64,000 nucleotides of DNA, from the NCBI GenBank assembly GCA_043228905.1, contig JBHGNT010000014.1, positions 12,524,001 to 12,588,000 on the forward strand, written 5' to 3'. Below the pieces are notes generated by a model. That model was not told the DNA's origin, did no database searches, and was given only the letters and a program-made list of their open reading frames with translations. This DNA comes from Azolla caroliniana (lineage: Eukaryota; Plantae; Polypodiophyta). Position numbers and translations under genes: made by a program. How positions within the stretch are numbered: position 1 is the stretch's first letter; the number at the start of each line of letters is the position of its first letter. Positions 25,030 through 37,176 of this stretch are shown here, in pieces.

Positions 25030-28000
25030 AAATCCGGACGAAGGTCGACCAAGCGAGAAGTTGATTGGTTGAGACTTATCCAGATAGAAGTTGAGCCAAC
25101 CTAACCATAGGTTGAAGCAGACGAGCCACAACATGAGGAAAGGCAAGCATGAGACAAGAAAGGCCGATCGGAGGAAGTTTGATGACCAAGGAGATGGTCG
25201 GGATCAAGGCGGCACATGTATGATGCATGAAGGGTTATGCTCAGGAGGAGCAAAAGGGGCTATGCCAAGTGGTCATGACAATGCGAAGGGCGAGCGAATG
25301 ATATGGTTGATCGGGTGGCGACGATGGTTCAGGTGGAAGGAATGCATGTGCTTAAAATGGAGGACACCACCCGACGCAGGAGAGGCGTAAGAAAGAAAGA
25401 AATCAAAGGCCAACCACCTTTGAGTCCACCACATCACTCTTTTCTTCTTGGCACATGCCGAAGGATGTGCAGTTTGGTGGGGGTGGATGTCGTGATGTTG
25501 CGTGTCCATTGGGATAAATTGTGAAATAGTGTAGTTCCATGCACATTACACATACGATTATAAATATGAAAATTATCCTAGGGCCTAGTGGCATTCGAGT
25601 GCATATAGAGGGGTGCAAGCAAGATTTGAACCTTGCACCTCCGAGATAGAAGACATTTATCTTACCATCAGGGCAACTACCAAGTACTTTAGATGTTATG
25701 TAAATTTATTTTCATATTCAAAAGCCATAGGAAAACAACCGTACAAAACCGTGTGCACAAAACCATGTTCCAAGCCCATGGTTTTGTGCATGCCACAAGA
25801 AAAACCGTGTGCCCAAAAACCATGGGTCCAAGCCCATGGTTTTGTGCATGGATAGACCTATAAAAACCCTCATAAGGCTTGTGTAAAGGGGGGGCTCAAT
25901 ATGTGATATCATTATCATCACCATCAATATAATCTTCTTCTTAATATTCTTCTCGAAATCTATCTTCTTCTCAAGTGTGACATTAGTTTCCTCGATTCCT
26001 ACATACACATCGTCATCTTTTTGACAATTTCGCGAACGTCCTCCCTGGTCTGAGACCCCGGTGGTCCCGCTCAAGCGAAGCATGCACGCACGCGCATCTT
26101 CGCGACAAAGTCGAGGGCCTTTATCAGATGTTGAGAAGCAACGACGTCGAGTGCACCACCTATGTCTATATTGTGGCAGTCCAGGATATATAGCCGTGAA
26201 TTGTCCACATAAACCTAGACGTCAAGTCTACCAAGTAAGTGCACATGACAACCCTACTTCAAGTTCCATTGTTACTTCTAATAACATAAGTAAGCCTAAT
26301 AGTCCATGCCATGAGAATAGATTCGATGTCTTGAGACAATTAGAGGATGTGTTAAACGAAGTCCGACCAAAATAGGAGCCATTTAGTTGGACTATCCTAG
26401 CTATGTAGAGTTAGTTCCTAGTCGTGGTTCCATTTCATCAAATCAATTGAGTAGAGTTTTTTCTACACAAGTCGAGTTTTCCACATCTACATGTCATTGA
26501 GTCCTAGCCTCTGCCCTTCTAGATTCTAGAGCCAACTCTTGTTTCATGGATCGTGAATTTACATTATCACAAAACGTCCTCTTGAATAAGCTCCCGAACC
26601 CAGTAGCGGTAGTAGTCATTGATGGCCGTCCCATAGCATCAGGTGATATAGTCGAGGAGTCCGAGCCAATTTGTATAGTTCTTGGCGATTTGGCAAGCAT
26701 TATCTCTTTCAACATTATTCACAGTCCGGAACACCCAATAGTTCTAGGTCTCCTTTGGTTTAAGCTCCATAACTCCAAGATTGATTGGATGAAAAGAACA
26801 ATTGAGGACACCTTGGTTTCAACAAGTGAGGAAGGGGGGAATGAGGACATGTTCGTATTCGCAATAGTAGCAACTCCATCATCCACCTTACATGAAGTGG
26901 ACATTAAACTACCAGAGATATACAAACAATTCTCAAACATCTTTGATAAGGTGAAGGCCAATACATTGCCGGAGCATAGGCCATACGACTTCCCTATTGA
27001 CTTACAACCAAGGAAAGAACCTCCATGGGGCCCAATTTATAATCTCTGCCCTGTAGAGCTAGAGACTTTGTGAGAATATATCGACGAGAATCTGACAATC
27101 GGATTCATTCGACATTCTAGATCCCCTACTAGTGCACCTATCTTCTTTGTTAAGAAAAAGGACGGGTCTCTTCTGTTGGTTGTGGATTATCGAGGGTTAA
27201 ACAAAGTGACTATTCGGAATAGATATGCTATACCGTTAATCTTGAATCTTTTGGAACGTCTCTGTGGAGAAAAATATTTCACGAAGTTGGACCTTCGCGG
27301 TGCATATAATCTAGTTCGGATTCGTTCGGGGGATGAATGGAAGACTACTTTTCGCACTTGCTATGGATATTTTGAGTATACTGTAATGCTATTTGGTCTC
27401 ACGAATGCACCTGTAGTTTTCTAGCATATAGCAAATGATATTTTTCGAGATTTTCTCGATATCTTCACTATAGTTTACCTAGATGACATTTTGATCTACT
27501 CGAAGACCCAAGAGGAGCATGATGAACATGTTCATCAGGTATTACATCAACTACGAGAATATGGTCTCTACGCAAAATTAGAAAAGTGTAGTTTCGACCA
27601 GAATCAAGTGGAATATTTGGGGTATGTTGTATCATCCGATGGTATTTGCTATGAACCCCATGAAGGTTCAAGCAATTTTAGAGTGGCAAACGCCCCTTTT
27701 AGTGCATGATGAGCAAATTTTTCTTGGGTTTGCAAATTTTTATCGGGAATTTATTAACAATTATTCCAAGGTCGTGCTTCCGCTCACGCAACGAACATAC
27801 AAAATCAACCATTCATATGGAGTTCAGATGCAGCCGAGGCATTTGAAAGCTTAAAACGAGCTTTTACAACGACACCTATTTTAGCACATGTCAACCCAAC
27901 AAAACGCTTCATTCTTGAAGTTGATGCATTTGATTTTGCATTAGGGAGTGTCTTATCGCAGACTCGAGATGATGGACAACTACATCCTGTCGCCTTTCAT

Positions 28001-29748
28001 TCCCAAAAGTTTGAAGCTGTAGAGATAAACTACGAGATCCATGACAAAGAACTTCTTGCAATTGTGGATTCTTTTCAACAATGGTGACATTTTGTAGAAG
28101 GTTCATCTCAGCAGATCATTGTCTACAACGATAATAAGAACCTAACATATTTCCAAAATGCTCGAGTCTTGAGTCGGCGACAAGCTTGGTTGGCGCAATT
28201 TTTTGCTCACTTTGACTTTGTCAACATATATTTCCCTGGGATGCAACAAGGCAAAGCAGATGCTCTTTCTCGATGCTCTTATATGGAACTTCGTCTACGG
28301 GAACGTGCATTTGAGCATAAAAAAGAAATCCTTTTGGGTCCTAATCGTGTATGATTAATGGTAGTAAATGCCATAACAACACTTGAAGATTCCACTCTTC
28401 TTGATTCCATTCGAGATCATATGGCCGTTGATGAATTCCCCAATCATGCTTCTTGCTCGTAGTCGAAAAACCCTCATAATGACTATTGTTAGTTCTATTG
28501 GCATGGTGGTTTTCTGTTTCTACGAAACCTATTGTATGTTCTTGATGGTCCCCCATGACTACAAGTTTTACAACATTGCCATGACTCACCAATGGCTCAA
28601 CATTTTGGAGTTCACAGCCTTTGTCATTTTGTTGAGGAGTATGTTCGCAATTGTGATACATGTTGTCAATCAAAGAGTCCTCAACACCGATCCTATGGCT
28701 TACTACAACCACTTCCCATTCTGGAAAATCCCTGGAAGTCTATATCCTTGGATTTCATTACCGATCTTCCCATTTCAAAAGGTTTTGATGCCATTCTCAC
28801 GGTGGTTGATTGACTTACCAAAATGGCACATTTCTTGCCATGTACGAAGTCTATTACTAGTCAAGAGGCCGTCGATCTAGTTATGCGGGAGGTATTTAAT
28901 CATCATGGTCTTCTGGATGATATTATTAGTGATCGCGGTCCACAATTCATCTCAAAGTTTTGGAAGCACATGTTCAAACTTCTTTGAATTTCGGCTAAGC
29001 TTTCTTTGGGCTATCATCATGAGACTAATGGCAAAACTAGGCGTACCAACCAGACTTTGGAGCAATATTTTCGGTTTTTCCTCAACTACCAACAATATGA
29101 TTGGGTTGATTTTTTGCACTTGTCTGAATTCGCTTACAACAACTCAGTCCATTCTTCTTCAGGATATTCCCCATTTTTCACAAATACGGGCTGTCATCCT
29201 TAGTGGACGATGAATGTACATCCAAACGTTCCTACCAACCCTACTGTTGAGGATCCTCTTAGTGACCTCCAACAAATTCATGCTACCATTCTCCACAATT
29301 TGCATGATGCTCAAGTTACACACAAGAGGCTTGCGGATCGTCATCGCCTAGACTCCTCCAAAAAGTTTCGTGTTGGGGATCGTGTATGGCTTCTCTAGCA
29401 CAACATCAAGACCACTCGGCCTTGCGGTAAGTTGGATTACCAACGTTTTGGCCCATACATGATTATTGGTTGTTAGAATATATAATCTAATATCATAAGA
29501 ATATTCTATCACTCTACATTCTCGAATGACCTAGAATATCTAGAATGTTCTATATACTAGAACCTTCTAGATTACTCTATACTCTAGAATGTCCTAGAAG
29601 ATTCTAGAGTGTTCTATATTACTCTAGAGGGACTTATAAATAGGGATCTATCAATCATCCCAAAACCAAATTGGTTCAACGCCATTCTATAGCTCTCTTT
29701 TGCCTACTTTGCAATCCTTCTTACAGTGCAATATAATACTTTCCTTTC

Positions 29749-29798
<50 letters not shown>

Positions 29799-30867
29799 AC
29801 ATCGGAATGTTCGATGCCTTCGATCGGATGGCGGCAAAGAGTACTTCTTTGACACCATCACAACATACCTTCGACAAGGAATTGGCGGGAGTTTACTTGC
29901 CCCCACACACCTCAACAGAATAGAGTAGCCGAATGGAAGAACCGGAACATGCTCGAGGTGGCAAGGGTGATGATGAATGAAAAACATCTGCCAAAATCGT
30001 ACTGGGCTGAAGCGGCGAACACGACCGTCTATCTAATGAATTGGTGCACAATCCGGAGTGCACAATATTAACCCCCACGAGAAGTTCTATGGAAAGAAGC
30101 CGAACCTATCCCACATTAGGATATTCGGCTCTATTGCATTCATACATATTCCCGATGAAAAGTGGTAAAAGCTTGATCGCAAGTTAGAGAAATGTATCCT
30201 TGTAGCATACTCACTCGAACAAAAGGGGTATAAGTGTGTCAACCCCTCCACTAGGAAAGTACGAGTGAGTAGGGATGTTGTATTCGATGAATCAACATCT
30301 TGGTACATAATCGGCTTGGCTTCATCCGATCCAATGGAAACCGATTTCAAAATAATAGACTTGGAGGAGGATGATCAACTAAGGCTCACGCTAGAGGAGA
30401 GTCCAATCTCAACCAAATTGAGTGGACAACAAGAGCCATCGAGCCATCGAGCCACCGAGCCACCGAGCGACCACATCACATCGCGACCAAGTTCAAAATT
30501 GGACAAAGGAAAGGCCAAAATTCCCGAGTACGAAGACTCAGATGGAAACGAATCGACCCACTCACTCTACAGTGAGTACAGTGGAATGGATGTTCTTATT
30601 ATAAGTGTTGAGAGATCAAGCTCAACTTAGTCTAGTTATTTAGTCAACCATGTAACTTCGTAGTTACCTAGATAGAATCTACTTAGGAGTGTTGACTATA
30701 ACGCCTTAAATAGGACCTTGTACTTAGTGGGATATTCTAGATCCTCTACTCCCAAGTACATTTAATATAGGACTTACACCCTTGTACCTATATTCTCCTC
30801 ACACATGTGCACCCTTGCATAAGAGATCTATATATACCTCATTGTGGGTATTTTTGTATTTGATGAT

Positions 30868-33800
30868 AACACGTTCGCATTCACAAGTGGAAGGATCACG
30901 CACAAATGGAAGGATAAGGAATATTACGTTTGATTTTGGGGCATTTTTTGCCATTTCACAAGACACCTTGATACCAGTATCACATGTTCTCAAAAACTTG
31001 ATGAAAAAGCTAAAATTTTCACCATTTGGTAAAATTGAAAAATGCCAAAATTTGGCCAAATATGAAAAGTAACTTTGTGTATTTTTAAGGAGAAATTACA
31101 ACTAGTAGTAATTTAGATCCTAATGAAATCATAAGCGAAAGATGTCAAAACAATGAACTTTTTTATTTCATTCGATAAAATATTGTCTAAATTTCGTACA
31201 TATCATTGCACAATAAAGACATTTAAGAGTTATTTGCATCACTATCATCATTCCTTTCTTGAGAATCACTACTATAGCTAATATACAATTGTGACTCTTC
31301 CTCATTTTCAAATGTACCAATTAAATCATTGTCTTCACTAAATGGTGTCTCCAAATTGTGTGCACTAAATCTTGTTCGTCTTCAATTTGAGATATCTTCT
31401 AGTCTTGGTAATATCTTTTTTATTATGTCTATCGTTGTCGTCCTTAAACATCCAACTTTTGTCAATGTAAAGTCATACACAATGATATGCACCTCACTAA
31501 TGTTAATGATAGATGTATTACAAAAGTTTAATCCATCACCACGTCCAAAACTTTACCAATGCAAAATTAGTGCCCTAGGTGATGGCCATCTACATGGGTA
31601 GCTATTAATATCCCTACATTGAGTTCTTGCAAATTTCCTTATCACCTGAGTTATCCTCGTGTTGTCATCCTTAGTTCCACATAAATGTTTCTCTGTTGTA
31701 GATGAACCAAACTATGAAGATGAACATTAAGTGCTTGACGTGGTGATTAAGAACCACGAGAATATTTTATACACCACGTAAATGGCATTTGCAAGGTTCA
31801 ATTACCATCAACACAATTCTTAATGGTTTTTTGTTAATCAATGAAGCACATGTTCACCATAAGGTGTCTTGTTGTGCAACATACTTCTTTGCAGTATCGA
31901 TATGCATCTTTTTCTCTTGTAAAAACAGAGATTTTAGTACAATTCGAGTTCATGTAAACCCTAAACCTCTTTTATTTGAATAAAAAGATGATTTCTAAAC
32001 ATGAACTCCATACATTATATCGAGTTGATGTAAAAAACAGAGTTTTGATCACAATTACATACAATGTATCAAATTCATGTTCAAAGTTTTTTTCTCGGAT
32101 TTAAAAAAATAAAAAAATAAATCAATTTAGCTTGAGTTGATGAAAAAACCAGTTGTTTCACCACAATTCAATACAATGTATAGAGTTCATGTTTAAAGTA
32201 TTTTTTTTAATTTTTTTGATATTTATTTTTAATTTGTTTTTTGGGAAAAAAAACTTTAAACATGAATTCGATACATTGTATCGACTTGTGATAAAAACTC
32301 TAGTTTTTTCATCACTTCAAACTTAAAAAAAACAAAAAACAAAGAGACCCAAAATAGATAGAAAAAAAAAAACTTTAAATATGTTCACGTTGAAAACTCT
32401 GTTTTTAAACACGAACTCAATACGCTATATCGAGTTCGTGTTGAAACTCAGCTTTTGGACATGAACTCGATACAATTTATCGAGTTTGTGTTTAAAACAT
32501 TTAAACATGAACTTGATACGCCGTATCAAATTCATGCTGAAAAGTCAACTTTTTGACACGAACTGATACAATGTATTGAGTTCGTGTTGGAAAACAAAGT
32601 TTTCAAGAACAACTCAATACATTGTATCGAGTTCGTATAAAAAAACTGACTTTTTCTGTATCGAATTCATGTTTAAAGGTTTTTTTGGGGGGTTTAAAAA
32701 AAAACAATTTTGGTTTTTAATTATTTATTTTGGGTCCTTTTGGTTATTTTTTTAATTTTTTTTTTGAAATGATGAAAAAACTAGAGTTTTCATCACAAGT
32801 CGATACAATGTATCGAATTCATGTGTAAAGTTTTTTTTCCATTAAAAAAAATAAAAAAATAAAAAAAACAAATAAAAAAAATTGGAAAAAAATTGAAAAA
32901 ATTACTTTAAACCTGAACTAGGTACATTGTACTAAATTGTGGTGAAAAATCTGGTTTTTTCCTCAATTCAAGTTCAATTTTATTTTTTTTTTAAATTTAA
33001 GAAAAAAAACTTTGAACATAAATTTGATACATTGTATGGAATTGTGATGAAAACTCTGTTTTTAACGTCGATTCAATACAATGTATGGAGTTCATGTTTA
33101 GAAATCTTCTTTTTTTTTCAACTAAAAGAGGTTTAGGGTTTACATGAACTCGAATTGTACTAAAATATCTGTTTTGACAAGAGTAAAAGATGCATATCGA
33201 TGTTGTAAAGAATTATGTTGCACAACAAGATACCTTATGGTGAACATGTGCTTCCTTGATTAACAAAAAACCAGTAATAATTGTGTTGATGGTAATTGAA
33301 GCTTGCAAATGCCATTTACTTCACAAATTTTGTAGGGGAGCTCTCAAAATGAAGAAGAGGAGAGCATGTTGTGGATACCTTGATAAGTATGTGATATGTT
33401 CAAATTGATATATTAATGTTTACATCTAAGTTTGGCAGTTTTGATAGTTTATGAATATCATCTACATTTTAGGAGTTATGGATTTATCAAAATTGTTTAT
33501 GAATATTGTATACATTTCTTGAGTTGTGAATTTATGGATGTTAATGAGCACTAAATTTATAGATGATGGACCCAAGAGTTGTCTCGTACTAGTCATCAGT
33601 ACAGGGCATTGTTTTAGCTGTTGGTACTGACACTAAGTAGTCCGTCTGAAAGGCGTTGTAACTAGGCTCAATTTCTAGGACTTGAGCGGAGGGGGATTCC
33701 CCGTTCTATGCTTAAGCCTCCTTGTACAGTCTCTTTGTAATAATCTTACCTAACTAATGGGAAAGTAGCTTCATTTTGGAAAAAAAAAAAGGATTACAAT

Positions 33801-34177
33801 GTTACCTCTTATACTTAAAACATTTTCAAGTCTAACAATAGATGTAACTTCCACTTCTGGAACCTACATCTTCTCAAGATGGTGAAACCATTAATCTTAA
33901 CTTGTGTGTTAAGTTATCCATTGTGATTTTCTTTAAGCTAACTACATTTCATATTTGCAAACCATCAACGTTTAAGCATTTATTGAAAAACTATTCAATT
34001 TTAAAAATTATCATTTTGAAACTTGTTAAATGTCAAAAAACTAACAAATTTTACATGCTATTTAAAACATGTGATACTGGTGTATCAAGTTTCTGAAAAT
34101 CGCCTAAAATCGCAAGATTATAAAAGGAATGTATAAGTGGAATGCACGATCCTTCCACTTGTGAATGCAAACATGTT
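30868..34177. mobile_element. Non-autonomous TIR DNA transposon with probable 4-bp TSD TGAT
   Basis: Left end AACACGTTCGCATTCACAAGTGGAAGGATC; reverse complement of the right end AACATGTTTGCATTCACAAGTGGAAGGATC. Both ends share subterminal ACCAGTATCACATGTT. TGAT at 30864-30867 and 34178-34181. Confidence 0.85.
31778..33319. repeat. 1.5-kb imperfect inverted repeat (foldback) with internal palindromic subrepeats
   Basis: gtaaatggcatttgcaag at 31778 mirrors cttgcaaatgccatttac ending at 33319. The arms pair over roughly 600 bp. Motif CATGAACTCGATACA..GTATCGAGTTCATG is repeated. Confidence 0.92.
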
Positions 34178-34359
34178 TGATGATGATGCTAATTTACTAT
34201 AGAGTTAATCATCCCCCATCCTGTGTTGTTCATAAGTGTATCTTAGTCTCTCTCTTCCTCTCACACACATACACACACATATCACTTAATCTTCTGCTGC
34301 TTAATCATATAATTAGGTACTAATTAACCCATACTGAATTACCTAATTATTAACAGGGT

Positions 34360-35254
34360 GTAACTCCCTCACCAACTTTTCAGACTCTCCTTTGACAAAC
34401 TTATGTCATCTTTTGAAGTTTCCAAAAGTGTTACCTTTCTCTCGAGTAAGTAAACCCACATCTTTCTAGTAAAGTTGTCAACTACTAACATAGAGTAGAC
34501 AGATCTAGTCATTGCAAGAGTCGTCATTTTCCAGAGGTTTACATTTATCAAGTCTAGAGGAAACTTTGTCCAATTTTGACTCTCTTTGGAATGGACAATC
34601 TCTGATGCTTGCCCATCATACAAGCATCACACATATGACTTAATTCTAGAGGAAACTTTGTCCAATTTTGACTCTCTTTTGGAATGGACAATCTCTTATG
34701 CTTGCCCATCATACAAGCATCACACATATGACTTAAGTTGGATAGGGTCGATAAACAAACTACCATATTTGACTTCTTCATTGCCTTCAACATGACAACA
34801 TTGAGATTTCTAAATCTCTCATGCCATTGCTTTGTGTTTGTGTTGTACTTTGGTCCATAGAGATTGCAAGCACAATCAGCTCAAAGATATTGTTGCACCT
34901 TACCCCTAATCCTACATCCTTGCCATCGGAATCTATTATTTTCTACACCCAACTTCTTGAATCGAGCATCAAGACCCTTATCAGTCAATGCAAAGATGGA
35001 CATAGATTCTTCTTCAAATCCTACACATACACTGCTTGAGAGAGATGCTTTGTCCAACTGATCATTGCTTCGATGGTGACAGTTCCAATACTTCTTGCTT
35101 GTTATTAAGCATGGTTCCCCACAACATTCATGGGCTCTTGTAGAGTTTTCCTTGAGTTGTACCAATCGTGATTACTTGTCATATCTAGAGATGTTCCACT
35201 ATAGAGAATCCACAAGTCATCGACAACTTGATTGTCAACTGAAAAGCACACTTC
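34360..35254 (-). pseudogene. Decayed Copia protease/integrase fragment with a ~92-bp duplication (34553-34736)
   Basis: WILYSGTSLDMT protease-like motif; CDACMMGKH is duplicated; VVDNFTRKMWVY integrase motif. Confidence 0.75.
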
Positions 35255-36985
35255 TGTTGGGAATCTAGTCCCTCTAGATGGGATTTGGATGAGAATCGGA
35301 TGAGCCAGATCGGACGTGCTGAAGAAAGGAACCGGACCGGGTGGATCTAGAAGATATCCGGAAACCGGATCAGATGGATCCGGTTGGTATCTGGCCAGAC
35401 ATATAAGTATATGTATATGTTCCAATGTGACTATTGAGGTCACATTTGTAAATAATCCTAAAGCTATAAACATAACTAGGCAATAGTGTTAGTGAGGGTA
35501 ATTCTAGTGCTAATATATAGAAGTTGTACAGAGAGACAGAGAGTGAGAGAGAGACACACATAGAAAGCCTTTTTCTGTTGTGACCGCCTATTGATGAAGA
35601 TACAGAGCTTGAGGTCGTTGCCTCTGAGTTTCATTCTGTTGGGAGTTAGAGAACTCCCGTGGTTTTCCCCGATTAGGGTTTCCACGTTAATATCCTATGT
35701 CGACCCATTATTGTGTGTAAGTGGATTAATCTTTATTTATCTTCTAGTGCTGATATATAGAAGTTGTATAGAGAGACAAAGAGTGAGAGAGACACACACA
35801 TAGAAAGCCTTTTTCTGTTGTAACCGCCTATTGATGAAGATATAGAGCTTGAGGTCGTTGCCTCTGAGTTTCATTCTATTGGGAGTTAGAGAACTCCCGT
35901 GGTTTTCCCCGATTAGGGTTTCCACGTTAATATCCTATGTGGACCCATTATTGTGTGTAAGTGGATTAATCTTTATTTATCTTCTAGTGCTGATATATAG
36001 AAGTTGTATAGAGAGACAGAGAGTGAGAGAGAGACACACATAGAAAGCCTTTTTCTGTTGTAACCGCCTATTGATGAAGATATAGAGCTTGAGGTCGTTG
36101 CCTCTGAGTTTCATTCTGTTGGGAGTTAGAGAACTCCCGTGGTTTTCCCCGATTAGGGTTTCCACGTTAATATCCTATGTGGACCCATTATTGTGTGTAA
36201 GTGGATTAATCTTTATTTATCTTCTAGTGCTGATATATAGAAGTTGTATAGAGAGACAGAGAGTGAGAGAGAGACACACATAGAAAGCCTTTTTCTGTTG
36301 TAACCGCCTATTGATGAAGATATAGAGCTTGAGGTCGTTGCCTCTGAGTTTCATTCTGTTGGGAGTTAGAGAACTCCCGTGGTTTTCCCCGATTAGGGTT
36401 TCCACGTTAATATCCTATGTCGACCCATTATTGTGTGTAAGTGGATTAATCTTTATTTATCTTCTAGTGCTGATATATAGAAGTTGTATAGAGAGACAGA
36501 GAGTGAGAGAGAGACACACATAGAAAGCCTTTTTCTGTTGTAACCGCCTATTGATGAAGATATAGAGCTTGAGGTCGTTGCCTCTGAGTTTCATTCTGTT
36601 GGGAGTTAGAGAACTCCCGTGGTTTTCCCCGATTAGGGTTTCCACGTTAATATCCTATGTCGACCCATTATTGTGTGTAAGTGGATTAATCTTTATTTAT
36701 CTTCTAATTCTTCCATTGTGATTGAGACTCGGTTGTGGTCGAGCACTATTTGCAACAAATTGGTATTACACCGAAGTTCTAAACTTCAAACAAAAAAATG
36801 GAAGACTCATTCGGCGTCATGTTCAAGCTCACCGGCTCTAACTACCAAGTATGGAAGTCGAAGATGAGGTACATGTTGGTGGTTAAAGATCTCTGGCTGC
36901 CGGTACAGTTTGGGGACAAAAGACTGGACAAGTTCGATGCCACGACTTGGGAAATAATGCACATGAAAACGACGACATACATTCA
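35255..36985 (+). mobile_element. Copia LTR (35255-36757, expanded), degenerate PBS and gag start
   Basis: TGTTG...CAACA ends. Similar to the LTR of the 7572-21369 element. gag MEDSFGVMFKLTGSNYQVWKSKM at 36798. Confidence 0.85.
35502..36701. repeat. Five near-identical 240-bp tandem units
   Basis: Units start at 35502, 35742, 35982, 36222 and 36462. Confidence 0.98.
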
Positions 36986-37176
36986 ATCCTCAAATAGTAT
37001 CGTTCAATCAATGCTAATGGTTGAAGAGAACCACGCCCAAACCAAAACCAAGACATCGAAAGGACAAATTTTCTTCTCGAATTCGGATGGTGGCCAAGGA
37101 CGAGGTTGATTCCATCCATCACACGAAGGGAACTCAATCCTTCAACAACAAGACGGAATCCATCGAGGAACCTTCG

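Larger units (their letters stand above)
7490..26107 (+). mobile_element. Tandem of non-autonomous Gypsy derivatives (decayed gag plus acidic repeat region, no pol) sharing an LTR
   Basis: LTRs 22441-23139 and 25488-26107 (TGTCG...CGACA), each preceded by PPT GGTGGGGGTGGA. Decayed gag at about 23170-24000 resembles the gags at 13204-15042 and 55290-57416. Repeated ETWAVxxExQRETQE motifs at about 7495, 21460, 21615, 24388, 24553 and 24694. Confidence 0.7.
6619..29801 (+). mobile_element. Decayed Ty3/Gypsy chromovirus-type (Tcn1-like) element, itself interrupted
   Basis: LTR blocks 6725-7079 and 29471-29801 match; the 5' LTR probably starts at 6619 and the 3' LTR is 5'-deleted. Imperfect TSD tcggc/tcgga. 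gag at 7160-7490, resuming at 26108 (CLYCGSPGYIAVNC). Protease LDSRA at about 26520, RT YLDD at about 27476, RNase H and integrase to about 29460. Confidence 0.8.
4407..30605 (+). mobile_element. Decayed Ty1/Copia element (possibly Bryco/RLC5-like), outermost host of a 23-kb nest
   Basis: LTR about 4407-4769 and PBS TGGTATCAGAG at 4770-4780. gag MGSALPTEKLNSNNFASWEYKMHQYL, protease FVDSGA at about 5905. The integrase breaks at 6618 (EKATDR) and resumes at 29802 (VRCLRSDGG). Lineage name is inferred. Confidence 0.8.
30606..34355 (+). mobile_element. Copia LTR (TGTTGAGAGATCAAGCTCAAC family) split by a TIR element
   Basis: Colinear with LTRs at 46145-46453 and 50409-51546; ends in TAACA. Confidence 0.85.

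Noticed and set aside
35502-36701. Regular array with repeated 62-64-aa ORFs (CRISPR-like or small-peptide cluster)
   Set aside because: The units are contiguous with no unique spacers and derive from an LTR; the ORFs are by-products of the repeat.
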